From Marsupella aquatica (Eukaryota; Plantae; Marchantiophyta): a stretch of DNA of 64,000 bases. Each line of letters opens with the position of its first letter. The first letter of the stretch is position 1. The position numbers were made by a program, and so were the translations under genes. Below, piece after piece: positions 27,092-38,639 of the stretch. The stretch is taken from positions 1,303,123 through 1,367,122 of the forward strand of contig OZ316892.1 in NCBI GenBank assembly GCA_973895155.1. The letters run 5' to 3'. Below the pieces are notes generated by a model. It made no database searches and was not told the DNA's origin. It saw only the letters and a program-made list of their open reading frames with translations.

Positions 27092-29180
27092 ATCCACACC
27101 AAAGATTGGTCTGCACAAATGCATAGGCGCCCTCAAAACATGAAAATTGATGTGGGCGGGGTGTTGTGAGTTGTGAGTTGTGACCCCTCTCAACCCAAAA
27201 GTCCTTTGAGTAAGTTTGCCCAATAAGTTGAGTTTTGACCAGAGTGACATATGGTTTTCTACCCCCTAAAAAAATAAGAGAAAGCTGGTTTGAGAAACCC
27301 TAGGGGGGCCTCCTGCCTTTGAGATCTTGTCTCCGGTCTCCCTGTGTCATCCTTTTTATGCCTTTTAGATCTTGTCTCCCTTTGTCACGCTTTTTGTGCC
27401 TTTCAGATCTTGTCTCCTTTCTTGTCTCCCTGGATGGCGCTTCTTGTTCTTTAGCACCAATATATATATATATGAAATGAGTTTTCTGTCAGGTCGGCCG
27501 TTCGTACTTCGTAGGGCCTAGAGGGAAAAAGTGTAAAGTTGGTCCAAAGTCCTATGACTCAGATGCCTAACCGGGTAAGTTCTGCGCAGGTTGAAATTGA
27601 GTTTGCTTTCACGACACCATGGTCCATTTTTTCCGCACAGAACATGATTTTGTTGTCTTTGAGCATTGTCATACTTTGAGCATCTGAGATTTTGGTTTTT
27701 CGTATAGGACATAATAATGCTGTCGTTCAGTATTCATACTTTGGCATCGCGTTTCGTAAGGTTTTGCTTAGGTGAAAAATTACCCTGTGGGTTATCAAAA
27801 TTACCAACATACCCTTGCAGCTTAAAAATTGCAAAACTTACATCAATTTGCATGTTTTGATGTGCCCCTCAAAACACACACAAACAATTGTTATGCAGGG
27901 CAAGCGTGTGTCCAGACTGGCTGACACAAGAACAGAACCTGCTCTAAATGGTTCATAAAAACACTCATCCAAATTCTACAAAAGAATGATTACGCATAAG
28001 GTAATGATGGTTGGGTATGCATTTTTGCTTGGGTTTTTGCAATGTCATTTTTGCTTTGTGAATAAGTTCTGGTAGAGTTCTGCTGCTATTATGTTTGAAA
28101 TGGCGGTGGCTGCACATAGTCTTGCCTCATAGTCTTACATCCATGGTGAGACAAGGGTAGTGCTTTGAGCTAGCAGTGGAAAAAGAGACCTTTACGGGAG
28201 AACATCAATTAGTTTTCTCACAAACATTAAAGTAAGGGTCCACAAAATAATGAATTGTTCTTCTTTAATATCAGAATCATTGGGAGGCAAAACACTACGT
28301 ACCACTACAATCTACTTTATTTTATTTTGGGATCCTTGCACCTTTAGTTATCTCAAAGAAAGTTTGTTTGATGTATCTATTATAGATACCATAGTCCTAA
28401 AAGCTTTTCCCATACCAATTGGGGAAGGTTACTTAAAGTTAGAGCAACCTTATTAAAGGTTTGTGTACTGTATAATGTCTTACATCAACCTCCGCAGAAG
28501 TTAGAGAATTCAATGTTCCATTGATACCGGCTCCCGAGAGGGAAAAAACTCCTAACTACCAAACGTGCCTGAAACTACCAAACGTCAAATTGAAGAAGCT
28601 GCTCAGCTCCTGCTTGATATTGACAATTTTCAATGGAGGAAAGATTGAGAGACACATAAATACACGTCATTGAGACCACTTAGGCATCTCGGTCTGCACA
28701 AGCATCTCGGTCTGCACACAGAATATTAAAATACTTTCACTCTAGATCTAGAAGGACCCCGCCAAACCAATCAGAATATGTGTATCTAATAAAAATCGGG
28801 AAGCCTTTCAGTAGAATATATAGAGAGAGAGATAGAGAGAGAGGGCCTCAATTATCTCATAAACTAATATTGTTTTTGGTGCCAATAAAAGGCTGATGTG
28901 ATGTGCGCAAAGACACTTTCTTATAATAAATATTTGTCATTTGCCATAGTAATCCTCAAAGCCAGTAGTTTAAAAAACGAGGAACCAGCAAAAGAGCAAT
29001 TTGAATTTTTATATAATTCCCACAACTACCACAAGTGCCTGGATTCAACCAGATTCCATCAGTTCCTTCCTCATAGTCAAGTAACCTGGTCGGTTTATTG
29101 GTTGTGCCACTGGCTGTAGCCCAGGAGGTCTTGTGGTCAACCACAAGCCATTTGGTGCCCCGGTACATTTTGGCCAGACA

Positions 29181-29524
29181 TGTTAGATATTGCTCTAGTC
29201 TTGTGACTCATGAGCTAACTACAGTTAGGCTAACTCGGGTTAGGACTTAGCTATTGTTAGTGGTAGTGTTGTTGTGTATATAGTCAGGGCTGATGCCAGA
29301 CCCTGGTGGAACTTAGGCTCATTGTTACGGAGCTAGTTGAGAGATAGGGAGAGCTTGTGCTGTGGATGCTTGGTATAGCCGGTCGGCCTAGAGTGCAGTA
29401 AAGCTCTTGTGTGTTCCTGTGGACGTAGCCTCATGTGGAGGTGAACCACGTATCTCTCTGTGTCAACTATTGTGCGTTGGATGGTTCATGGGCTTGCCGT
29501 TGCGAATGTCGTCTATGCTCAACA
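29181..29524 (+). repeat. Copia 5' LTR
   Basis: TGTTAG...CAACA, followed by the PBS. Confidence 0.95.
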
Positions 29525-30288
29525 AGTGATATCAGAGCATGCCTGGGAGGTGACGAGGTTTTTTTCGTAACAGGTTTTCCTGCATTCATTGTCGATGGTA
29601 CATTCGGAGTTTCGTCGCATGAAACTCGAATGTGTGTGGCTTTGCGGATAGGTTAGTGAGAGGGCTTTCTAACGGTGGTTAGAACTTGCTGATCGGTATC
29701 CGTGATGCGGAGGAATCAAAGTTTGCGTCGTTCAGATTTTATTCATGTTCGACGGCTTTTCGGGGGAGAGACCAGAGTTCGCATTTTTCAACGGTGTGAG
29801 CTGTGCGGTGTGGGAGGTGTCGCATGTTGTAGCTCATGTTGAAGGTTGAAGCAAGCTGGTCGTTTCGGTAGCTGGGTTGCTGTCGAGTTGATACCGAGTG
29901 AAACATGACGAGTGGATGTTGAGTTCTGGTTTTTTGACAAGTTATGGTGCTTGTTTTTCCCTGAACCGGGTTACTCGTCGTGACGTTCAACTCGGAGGAA
30001 GAAACGCGAAGTGCTAGGGCTCAACGGAGAGATCGCGGCAAGGCGGTCGTTTTGAGTCCGGGATTGGCACTTGACGCGGCGGAAGTTCTTACTCTACTGG
30101 AGCTGCAGACTATGCCGATGCAATTCGGCAACATTTCCGGTCGGCGGCGTTCACTTTTCTCGTTGGAAACGGCGATTTGGCACTACAGAAAGGCGAGGTG
30201 CAACTGTGACTTAGGGCACAGGGAAAATGACAAATTAAGAAATAGTACTTTGTCCGTAATTTCCGTTGTATTTAGCGCTTGGCTTGTG

Positions 30289-30610
30289 TGAGTAGTGAGC
30301 TCACGACCCACAGGTGGTGAGGTCTTGGCTTGAGTGAGTAGTGAGCTCACAACCCACAGGTGGTGAGGTCTTGGCTTGAGTGAGTATTGAGCTCATGACC
30401 CACGGTCCATGAGGTTTTGATTTGAGTGAGAAGATATCCCACAACCCACGGCTCGTGAGTCATGTGGGTATGCCTGGGTAGGCATGTACCCACGACCCAT
30501 GGTCTGTGAGGGGTCTTGATTATTATTGAGTTTGGGGGCGGAAAGCCTACGACCCATGGTCCATGCGACATCATCTTGGAAGCTTGGCTCGCACCCACCA
30601 CCCACGGCCT
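30289..30610 (+). repeat. Degenerate 46-57 bp tandem array in the copia leader with recurring CACGACCCACGG core
   Basis: Core at 30302, 30348, 30394, 30440, 30491, 30548 and 30596. The first units are near-identical 46-mers. Confidence 0.8.
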
Positions 30611-33387
30611 GTGGCCTCTCAACGGATTTTGGTTTTTATTTTTTGTTTTTCAGTGTTTGGACTCCTAGCTTCGTGGGCTATGCGGCGGTGTTGAGTTTTT
30701 TGAGTTTTATGAAAAGTTTCAAAAAAAGACATTTTTTCGTGATTGTTTCATATGAGTGACTCGGAGAATACTGGAAGAATTGGCATCGGTGGAGCTTCAG
30801 GATCGCGACGTTCAGACGGAGAGTCAGAGGAGGAGTTGCTACCGTTTGAGGAGGAACTAGTGACACCGGTACGATCACCAGTGCGGCCTGCAGTGGAGGA
30901 AGCTGTTCTACTACCAGAGCTATCGGTAGTGGGGAAGAAGAGGGAGATGGCTAGATTTGGAGGAGTGAAGTTTGAGGTGGAAAAGTACGATGGTCGTACT
31001 GATTACTTGCTGTGGGAGAAGCAAGTGAAGGGTGTTCTTTGTACAATGGGCTTAGCTCATCTACTCTCTTCGCGAGAGCAGTATGATGGAGAAGAGGAGA
31101 TCTCAGAGAAGCAGTGGAGACAAAAGCAGGTGATTGCTGTCAACGCAGTGATGCTATATCTCAAGCCGCACATCATCAAGCAGCTGGATGATTATGCGGA
31201 TTGCGCGTCACTATTCAAGGCTCTAAGAGAGAAGTACTACCGGGAAGATGCGTCAGACCGGCTGTACAAGAAGTCTCTCTTGATGAGCCTCAGGCTCAAG
31301 GAAGGGAGCAAGATGTAGGATCACCTGGATGAATTTGACAGTCTTGCGGTGGATCTGTCAAACCTGGGAAAAGGAGTTGAAGATGAGGATAAGGCCTTAC
31401 TTCTGCTAAGCTCCTTACCGCCGTCATATCAGGGCTTGAAACAGGTGCTCTTGTATAGAGATCTGAAGTCCATTTCGTATAATGAGGTGGTGAGCTCATT
31501 AGTGTCTGATGATGCTAAGAAGAAGTTGGGTCAATCACAGACAGCATCTTCTTCTGGCACTGCGCTCAATGTGAACAGGGGAAGAGCAGCGCAGTGCACG
31601 AATGGGCAGAACAGGTTTAGATCTACATCACGCGAGAGATCTAAATCCAAAGGGAAATTGCAAGAGAGGGAGCCTCTTGCATGTTGAAATTGTGGCAAGC
31701 CTGGGCACATGAAAAGGGATTGTCGAGTAAAGGTCCCTACTGCCTCTGCTAACGCGGCATCGAGCTCGCATGAGGTAGATTTACTCGATGATGATGACAT
31801 ATTGTGATGCCAAGGTTATGCTCTCAACGTAGTGTCAAATCCAAATAGTGATGACTGGATTCTAGATAGTGCATGTACTTTTCACATTTGCTCTAGGAGA
31901 GATTTTTTCAGTTCTTACACGGTTTCCAACGGGTCAGTGTTGATGGGAAATGGAATCCCATATCAAGTTGTTGGACTTGGATCTGTTAGATTTTAGATGT
32001 TTGATGGTGTTGTGAGAACGGTGAGGATTGTGAAACATATTCCCAGCATGATGAAAAATCTCATTTCACTTGGAGTTTTAGAAGCAAATGGCCATCAGTG
32101 GAGTTCTGCTAATGATGTTCTTCAGGTTTCAACTGGTACTAAAGTTGTATTGCTGGGAAAGAGACATTGCAATCTATACGTTTTGGAGGGCAATGTAGTC
32201 TGTGATGAAGCCAATGTAACCTTATCTCATGAGGAGACGGCCCAGCTGTGGCACTTCCGTTTGGGCCACATGAGTGAAAAAGGTTTGGTTATTCTTCAGA
32301 AGAAAGGATTATTTTCTAATTTGCAATCTTGTAAGTTGGAATTTTGTGAGCATTGTGTGCTTGGGAAGCAACACAGGAAACCCTTCGGAGTTGGAACTCA
32401 CACCAGCAAGGAGGTACTTGAGTATGTACATAGTGATGTGTGGGGTCCAGCCCCTACTCCCTCACATTCTGGACGGTTATACTATGTCACGGTCATAGAC
32501 GATTACTCAAGGTATGTGTGGATATACTTTGTACACAATAAGTCTGATGTTTTTGCCACTTTTAAGGAGTGGAAAGCCCAAGTAGAGAATCAGACTGGTA
32601 ATAAGGTGAGATATCTTCGATTGGATAACGGCGGTGAATACAATTTTGGGGAATTTGGAACGTATTGTAAGGTGCAGGGGATTACCCACCATCTCACAAC
32701 AAGTTATACTCCTCAATAGAATAGTGTTTTTGAGAGACTCAACCGAACACTATTGGACCGCTCAAGGAGTATGTTGAGTCAATCATGCTTACCACATGAG
32801 TTTTGGGCTGAAGCTGTCAACACTGCAGCTTATTTGGTAAATTTTTCTCCATCCAGTTCTATTGGATTCAAGACGCCATTTGAAATGAGGTATGGGCGTC
32901 CAGCAGATTATTCACATCTGAGGATTTTTGGATGTGATGCTTATGTGCTTACACCTTCCCAACTTCGATCCAACCTGGAGTCCAAGTCAAAGAAGTACAT
33001 TTTCCTTGGCTATCAGAAAGGTGTAAAGGGTTATAGGTTATGGGATCCAATAATCTATAAGCTAATTGTCAGTAGAGATGTGTCCTTTAATGAATCCAGA
33101 TCATCAAAGGAGGGGGAGAGTTCTCAGGACTCCCATACTGACAAGGGGAAATCTCCCATCCCAGACCGGGTTGAGAGGGAGATTAGTCATGATGTTATTC
33201 ATGACAGGAGAGATGGAGAAGCTCCGAGCTTGGAGCTGGTTCTTGTGATGGAACAAGAAGAGCAGATTGTTGTTGGGGTACCTCAGCCAATAGCAGCAAC
33301 AGATCAGCTTGAGTCATCTACTAGAAGAACTTCCAGTCGTTCTACTAGAGCTCCTACCAGGTATGGTCAATGGGCAGACTCATCTAA

Positions 33388-34026
33388 GGCCTCATTCACA
33401 ATTGGGTGTACCTCGCAGGAACCACTTTCAGGACTCAAAAACATGCTTTTTTAGGGAAAAATGACTTTTGTAACATGGAAAAATGTTCATCATGATTTTA
33501 TCTCAAGACATTTAAGTCTAATTTTTTCACAAGACTATTTTACATGGTGTAACCTACCTCACCATGTAGATACATCAAGTTTTCAACTATTTTAAGGGAT
33601 CCTGTTATTGATGGCCCTAAATAAGCCAAAATTACTGATTATTTTTGTCCTGTACATAAAGGTTTAGTGTGTGTCACTATTTAAGTTTTGAAATATAAGA
33701 TTATGCTATTAGTATGCATGCTTTGGTAAAATTTCATAGTCTAAAATACATTTTTTAGAGTCCTTTTGAGTCCTGAAATGATGTGACCCACTGCGTGACA
33801 AGTCCTTTTATCAATCTTTGAAGGACATATAAGGAAAACTTCAAAGTCTCAAATACTAGATAGTTTAATGAATGTTACCAACCTATAAGATGTTTATTAA
33901 GTATAGTATATCAAATTTTCTATATCATCTCATTACACCCTAAAAATGATATCCTAAAGCATAATAAACTATGATCACTTTTGAGTGTGACGTTCCTTTT
34001 GGGTCCTCCAATTGTGAATGAGGCCC
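33388..34026. mobile_element. PIF/Harbinger (Tourist-like) MITE inside copia pol
   Basis: TIRs GGCCTCATTCACAATTGG / CCAATTGTGAATGAGGCC(C). TAA on both sides. Removing it restores the pol frame (ADSSKLDDIDIAPDDDDMALILEEGEPSSY). Confidence 0.9.
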
Positions 34027-35664
34027 TAAGCTAGATGATATTGACATTGCACCTGATGATGATGACATGGCTTTGATCTTGGAAGAAGGAGAACCTTCTT
34101 CATACAGTGAGGCTTGTGCTTCAGAGCAGAAGAATGAGTGGAATGCAGCAATGCAGAAGGAGTTGCAATCTTTGAGTGACAACAAGACTTGGGAGCTGGT
34201 GGAGCTTCCAAGAGGTCAGCAAGTGGTGGACAGCAAGTGGATTTACAAGTTGAAAGATAGTCCTTCAGAGGGTGGAGACAAGATCTACAAGGCAAGGCTT
34301 GTTGCCAAGGGGTTCACTCAGGAGAAAGGAGTGGATTACAATTAGGTCTTTTCACCGGTGGCTAAGTATTCCACAATTCGGATCTTGTGTCAACTTGTTG
34401 TATTTTTTAATCTGGTGATGGATCAAATGGATGTTGTTACTGCTTTTCTCTATGGCAACTTGGAAGAGTTGATCTTCATGAGACAGCCACTAGGCTTTAT
34501 GAAGAAGGACCAAGAGACCTTAGTTTGCAGATTGCTCAAGTCCTTGTATGGATTGAAGCAGTCTCCCAGATAGTGGAACAAGCGATTTGATGATTTCATG
34601 TTTGCTCAAGGTTTTACAATGATGGTGTATGATCCTTGTGTGTATACGAAATCAGTCAAGAATGATGTGTTTGGTTTCATCATTCTGGTTATTTATGTGG
34701 ATGACATGCTGATTGTGGCTAAAGATCAATCTGAGGTTGACAGTCTCAAGGCAAAATTGAGTGTTGAATTCAGGATGAAGGATCTTGGTAAGGCCAATAG
34801 GATCTTAGGGATGGAGATTTTTAGGAACTCTGAGACTGGACAGTTGTACTTGAGTCAAGGCCAGTATGCGAGGAAAGTACTTGCACGATTCAACATGGAG
34901 AACTGTAAGCCAGTGAGTATTCCTTTAGCTTCACATTTCAAGTTATCATCGGCTTTCTCTCCTACAGATGCTGTGGAGAAAGGTCTGATGGCTAAGATTC
35001 CTTATGAGAAGGCAGTAGGCAGTCTGATGTATTTGATGACTTGTACTAGGCCTGACTTGGCCCTAGCAATGGACAAGGTTAGCAGATTCATGTCAAATCT
35101 AGGGAAGGTACATTGGAAAGCTGTGAAATAGATTTTCAGGTATGTGAAAGGAACACAGGACTATGGATTACTATTTGATAACAGATCAGATAGAAAGTTA
35201 GTTGGCTATGTAGATTCTGACTATGGAGGCTGTCTGGACACAAGAAGGTCTACAACTGGATTTGTATACACTCTTGAAGGAGAATGTATCAATTAGAAAT
35301 CTATCTTGCAGAAGTGTATATCTCTACTACAGAAGTAGAGTATGTTGCAGCAGTAGAAGCAGCAAAGAAAGCAATTTGGTTGGACAAGTTGATCGCGGAG
35401 ATGGGTTTAGAGCATGGCAAAATGACTATAAACTGTGATAGTCAGAGTGCTCACCTGGCTGCTAACCAGGTGATGGATAGCAGGGTGAAGCACATTGATA
35501 TAAGGTACCATTTTATTAGGCAAGCAGTGTCTGATAAAACTTTTGAGCTAGTCAAGATTGATGGAAAGCTCAATCCCGCTATCGTGGGGATTCTTTGTTT
35601 AGTAAGTTCCTTCTAAGTATAGCTTAGTAGTATAAGATAGTAGTTTGAATTCTCGCATTAAAGT

Positions 35665-36000
35665 CTATAGTGTGCATGCTACAGTGTATGATCTACAGTG
35701 TGCATGCTACAATGTGCGATCTAAAGTGTGCATGCTACAGTGTATGGTCTACAGTATGCATGCTACAGTGTACGATCTATAGTGTGCATGCTATAGTGTA
35801 CGGTCTATAGAGTGCATGCTACAATACACAGTCTACAGTGTGTAAGCTACAGTGCAAGACCTACAGTGTGCATGCTACAGTGCAAGACCTACAGTGTGCA
35901 TGCTATAGTGTACGATCTACAATATGCATGCTACAGTGTATGATCTACAGTATGCATGCTACAATATACGATCTACAGTGTGCATGCTACAATGTACTGC
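35665..36000 (+). repeat. 12 x 28-bp tandem array (dimer of 14-mers CTACAGTGTGCATG / CTACAGTGTACGAT)
   Basis: Units counted directly. Confidence 0.93.
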
Positions 36001-36116
36001 ATACAGTTGCTCCACTCACGTAACTACAGTACTAGCACACTTACTTGCCTTGGATGTGTGACACATGGCTTCCATCCGTGTGCCATGCTTGATCCGTGTG
36101 CTTGAGGTGTGAGCAC

Positions 36117-36126
36117 TATAAATAAA
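36117..36126 (+). promoter_or_regulatory. TATA box of E1
   Basis: GCACTATAAATAAAG, in the same context as 48545 in E2. Confidence 0.65.
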
Positions 36127-36661
36127 GAGGAGAGGGGCTCTCTCTCCTCACCCCCCATCTTTCATCAACTAAGTTGTGAAACCTTGAGAATCCATTGGAC
36201 TTGATGACCTCTTCTATGAATATAACCCTTATAAAGTAGACCCATTCATACACGCTTGCTTAGAGCTTCGGCTCGGCCAGAGATATTTTGTATGAGTTGG
36301 ACCTTCAAAGAGTGTTATCATTTGATAGGAGATGGTTATTAAGTCCTAAAGAATTGCAAAGTGCTCAACAATATCTTAACATCATGTGCTTCTTTTGGGT
36401 GAAACCCTTATGAAATAGACCCACGCATGCACGCTGGCTTGGAGCTTAGCTCAGTCAGTGGTAATTTGTATGCGTTGGACCTTCAGATAGTGTTTTCATT
36501 CAAAAGAAGATAAACTTATTAAGATAAATATCTGCATGTATATACTTAGAGTTAACTCAATGCATAGTATTTATTTGAAATGAATGGTCTTTTTGTTGAA
36601 TGATTCTATATCTTGTCATTAGAATGAATATTAGTTGAGTAGAATATTTGATAGTACGATA

Positions 36662-36868
36662 ATGCCCAGACCAGTACCTATTCTTCCTCTCCCTAATCCT
36701 TTTCTTATTAGAATTCATGTACTCTAAAAAGAGATAATGCTTCAGCATATGACTTTTCACTTTGGAGAAGCATTTGCAACTGCGGTGTTAAATTCAATAG
36801 AGCCAATTGTATACCCTTATGTAGTTTACGGATAGGATTGGGCTTGCACAATTTTTATCTTGTATTGA
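36662..36868 (+). pseudogene. Element-borne small ORF A of E1, with two premature stops
   Basis: MPRPVPILPLPNPFLIRIHVL*KEIMLQHMTFHFGEAFATAVLNSIEPIVYPYVVYG*DWACTIFILY. 38/63 identical, ungapped, to 48680-48895. Stops TAA and TAG fit C>T changes of Gln codons. Confidence 0.75.
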
Positions 36869-36869
36869 G

Positions 36870-37067
36870 ATGGATCTCAACAAACCTCCTTCCGACAAAC
36901 CTCCCGTTTCTTTCTCGTTGGGAGATATTCGTTTTGTAACTCAACCCAAGGAGGCAATAGTCCGTAGGTATGAAGAAAAGGGTTGTGATGTTGTGCTTTC
37001 ATCCACAGAACCATTCATTGTGGTGTCTGCTACCCAGTCTAGAATAGTAATCATGATCTTAACTTAA
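36870..37067 (+). CDS. Element-borne small ORF B of E1, 65 aa, N-terminal DLNxxP, hydrophobic C-terminus; function unknown
   Basis: Intact ORF starting 1 nt after the ORF A stop. About 31 identities to 48900-49106 (MDLN, PVSFSLGDIR, S.EPF, RI.I..L). Confidence 0.65.
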   Translation: MDLNKPPSDKPPVSFSLGDIRFVTQPKEAIVRRYEEKGCDVVLSSTEPFIVVSATQSRIVIMILT

Positions 37068-37422
37068 GTTCTCTCTTGACACTAGCAGCCATAGGCCCGG
37101 TGCTTCCTCAAGAACCACATTTTTCCCCCCAGACACCGCTGATGCCTTTACCAAAGTGATTCCTTTGGAGAGTTTCTCAAGACACCGTGCTACTTTGCAG
37201 GTTTTGCAGTTGTAGTGCAAGTAGAGTTGTTTAGCAATGTGTGACTATTTGTATATGGATTACTCATTCCTGTTTGGCTATGGCTTAGTTTTAGTTAACC
37301 CTTAGTTAACCCTTGTGGTTTTTAGGGGGAGACTTGGTTTGGTGATTGTCTAGAACTTCTCGCTGAGGATTCCATATGGTAGCATTTAGTCCAGTCCCCA
37401 AGACAAGAGTCAAGGGGTAGTT

Positions 37423-37766
37423 TGTTAGATATTGCTCTAGTCTTGTGACTCATGAGCTAACTATAGTTAGGCTAACTTGAGTTAGGACTTAGCTATTGTT
37501 AGCGGTAATGCTGTTGTGTACATAGCTAGGGTTGATGCCAGACCCTGGTGGAACTTAGGCTCATTGTTACGGAGCTAGTTGAGAGATAGGGAGAGCTTGT
37601 GCTGTGGATGCTTGGTATGGCCGGTGGGCCTAGAGTGCAGTAAAGCTCTTGTGTGTTCCTGTGGACGTAGCCTCAAGTGGAGGTGAACCACGTATCTCTC
37701 TATGTCGACTATTGTGCGTTGGATGGTTCATGGGCTTGCCGTTGCGAATGTCGTCTATGCTCAACA
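37423..37766 (+). repeat. Copia 3' LTR
   Basis: Matches 29181-29524 and is followed by TSD AGACA. Confidence 0.95.
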
Positions 37767-37834
37767 AGACAGATGGTCTGGCAAGGAGGTGAGGAGTTGT
37801 GAGGGTGGCCAAGGGAGGAGAGGGTATGGATTGT

Positions 37835-38442
37835 TGTTAGGATTATCTTTTAGTCTTGGGTTAATCCCACTTATGCTAACTAGCATTAGGGCATTAATGG
37901 TGATTAGCCATGAGTAGGGCGCCTAGCAAATAGGGGATCAAGGAAGTGCACCTTGCTCATCATCATCATTCTTAGAGGAGCAATCTAAGAGGTATGCTAG
38001 CAATCTTAGAGCTTGTACATGGAGGCTTGGTGTGGCTACGCAGGGGTCCTCACTATATGGAGGCATCCCCCATCACGTGTGACATTTTTAGACCTTAGAC
38101 CCCCTAAAATGTAAGATTTTATTTTTGTTTTTTAGCCCCTATAAGATTGGAATATTCCAAAATTTTGATTAAAAATACCCTAATGTTCTTGTAAGTCTCA
38201 AAATTGAATTTAAAAGACCCTATTGTTTTTCTCAAAAAAATAATAAGTTTCCCTTAGAACTAATAAAATAGCCCTATCATTCGTCAAACGTGATGTGTCA
38301 TTTTTGTGGAAGTGAAACCCCCGAGTGTGGCTATGACCTAGCCAAAGCTTAGTAAAGCTCTTGTACTATGTGGATGTAGTCTTGGCCTAGGTGACACCTT
38401 GCATCTCTTGTGTCAATGTATGTGCTTGCTGGTTTCTCAACA
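37835..38442 (+). mobile_element. Old copia-type solo LTR containing a MITE
   Basis: TGTTAGG...CTCAACA. Flanks ATTGT/ACTGT. Shares AGTAAAGCTCTTGT and GTGGA.GTAG blocks with the neighbouring copia LTR. Confidence 0.65.
38039..38325. mobile_element. MITE family X copy 1 (8-bp TSD TGTGGCTA)
   Basis: TIRs CGCAGGGGTCCTCACT / AGTGAAACCCCCGAG. Reverse-complement homolog of 51654-51950. Confidence 0.88.
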
Positions 38443-38639
38443 ACTGTAAGATGCAGTCATGAGGGGTCATGTGGCTGGGTAGGAATAATTAGTGCTCAAG
38501 TCAGGGCAAGAATGAACAGTAGCTGGGCAGGGGAGGGGGCTGTGTGGCACTCGTGGTTCAAAAACACTAGAGGCATGGACCTAAAGTTAGGATTTGAGTG
38601 AAAAACTCTGCAAAATAAGTCAAATCATATGATCAATTT

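Larger units (their letters stand above)
35580..37135 (+). mobile_element. Solo-LTR-like insert E1 (1556 bp) carrying a tandem array, TATA box and small ORFs
   Basis: Termini TATCGTGGGG...CCCCAGACA. CCGC duplicated at 35576-35579 and 37136-37139. Interrupts copia RNase H motif NPADAFTK. Homologous to 47846-49178. Confidence 0.85.
30752..37215 (+). pseudogene. Copia gag-pol polyprotein with multiple stops and two insertions
   Basis: Gag (VEKYDGRTDYLLW, LLLLSSLPPSY), zinc knuckle C*NCGKPGHMKRDC, protease WILDSACTFH, GAG-pre-integrase LWHFRLGH, integrase VHSDVWGP...DNGGEY, RT KARLVAKG/YVDD, RNase H KHIDIRYHFIR...NPADAFTK. The last motif is split by the insert at 35580. Confidence 0.95.
29181..37766 (+). 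mobile_element. Full-length Ty1/copia LTR retrotransposon (decayed, with two nested inserts)
   Basis: 344-bp TG..CA LTRs at 29181-29524 and 37423-37766 (15 differences by eye). TSD AGACA on both sides. PBS TGATATCAGAGC (tRNA-iMet type) at 29527. Purine tract before the 3' LTR. Domain order gag-PR-INT-RT-RH. Confidence 0.97.

Noticed and set aside
30289-30610. Repeat-spacer (CRISPR-like) pattern
   Set aside because: The apparent spacers are homologous to each other in the first units, the core is only ~12 bp, and it lies in a copia leader.
35665-36000. CRISPR-like array
   Set aside because: Contiguous tandem units without unique spacers, no cas genes, and a eukaryotic TE context.
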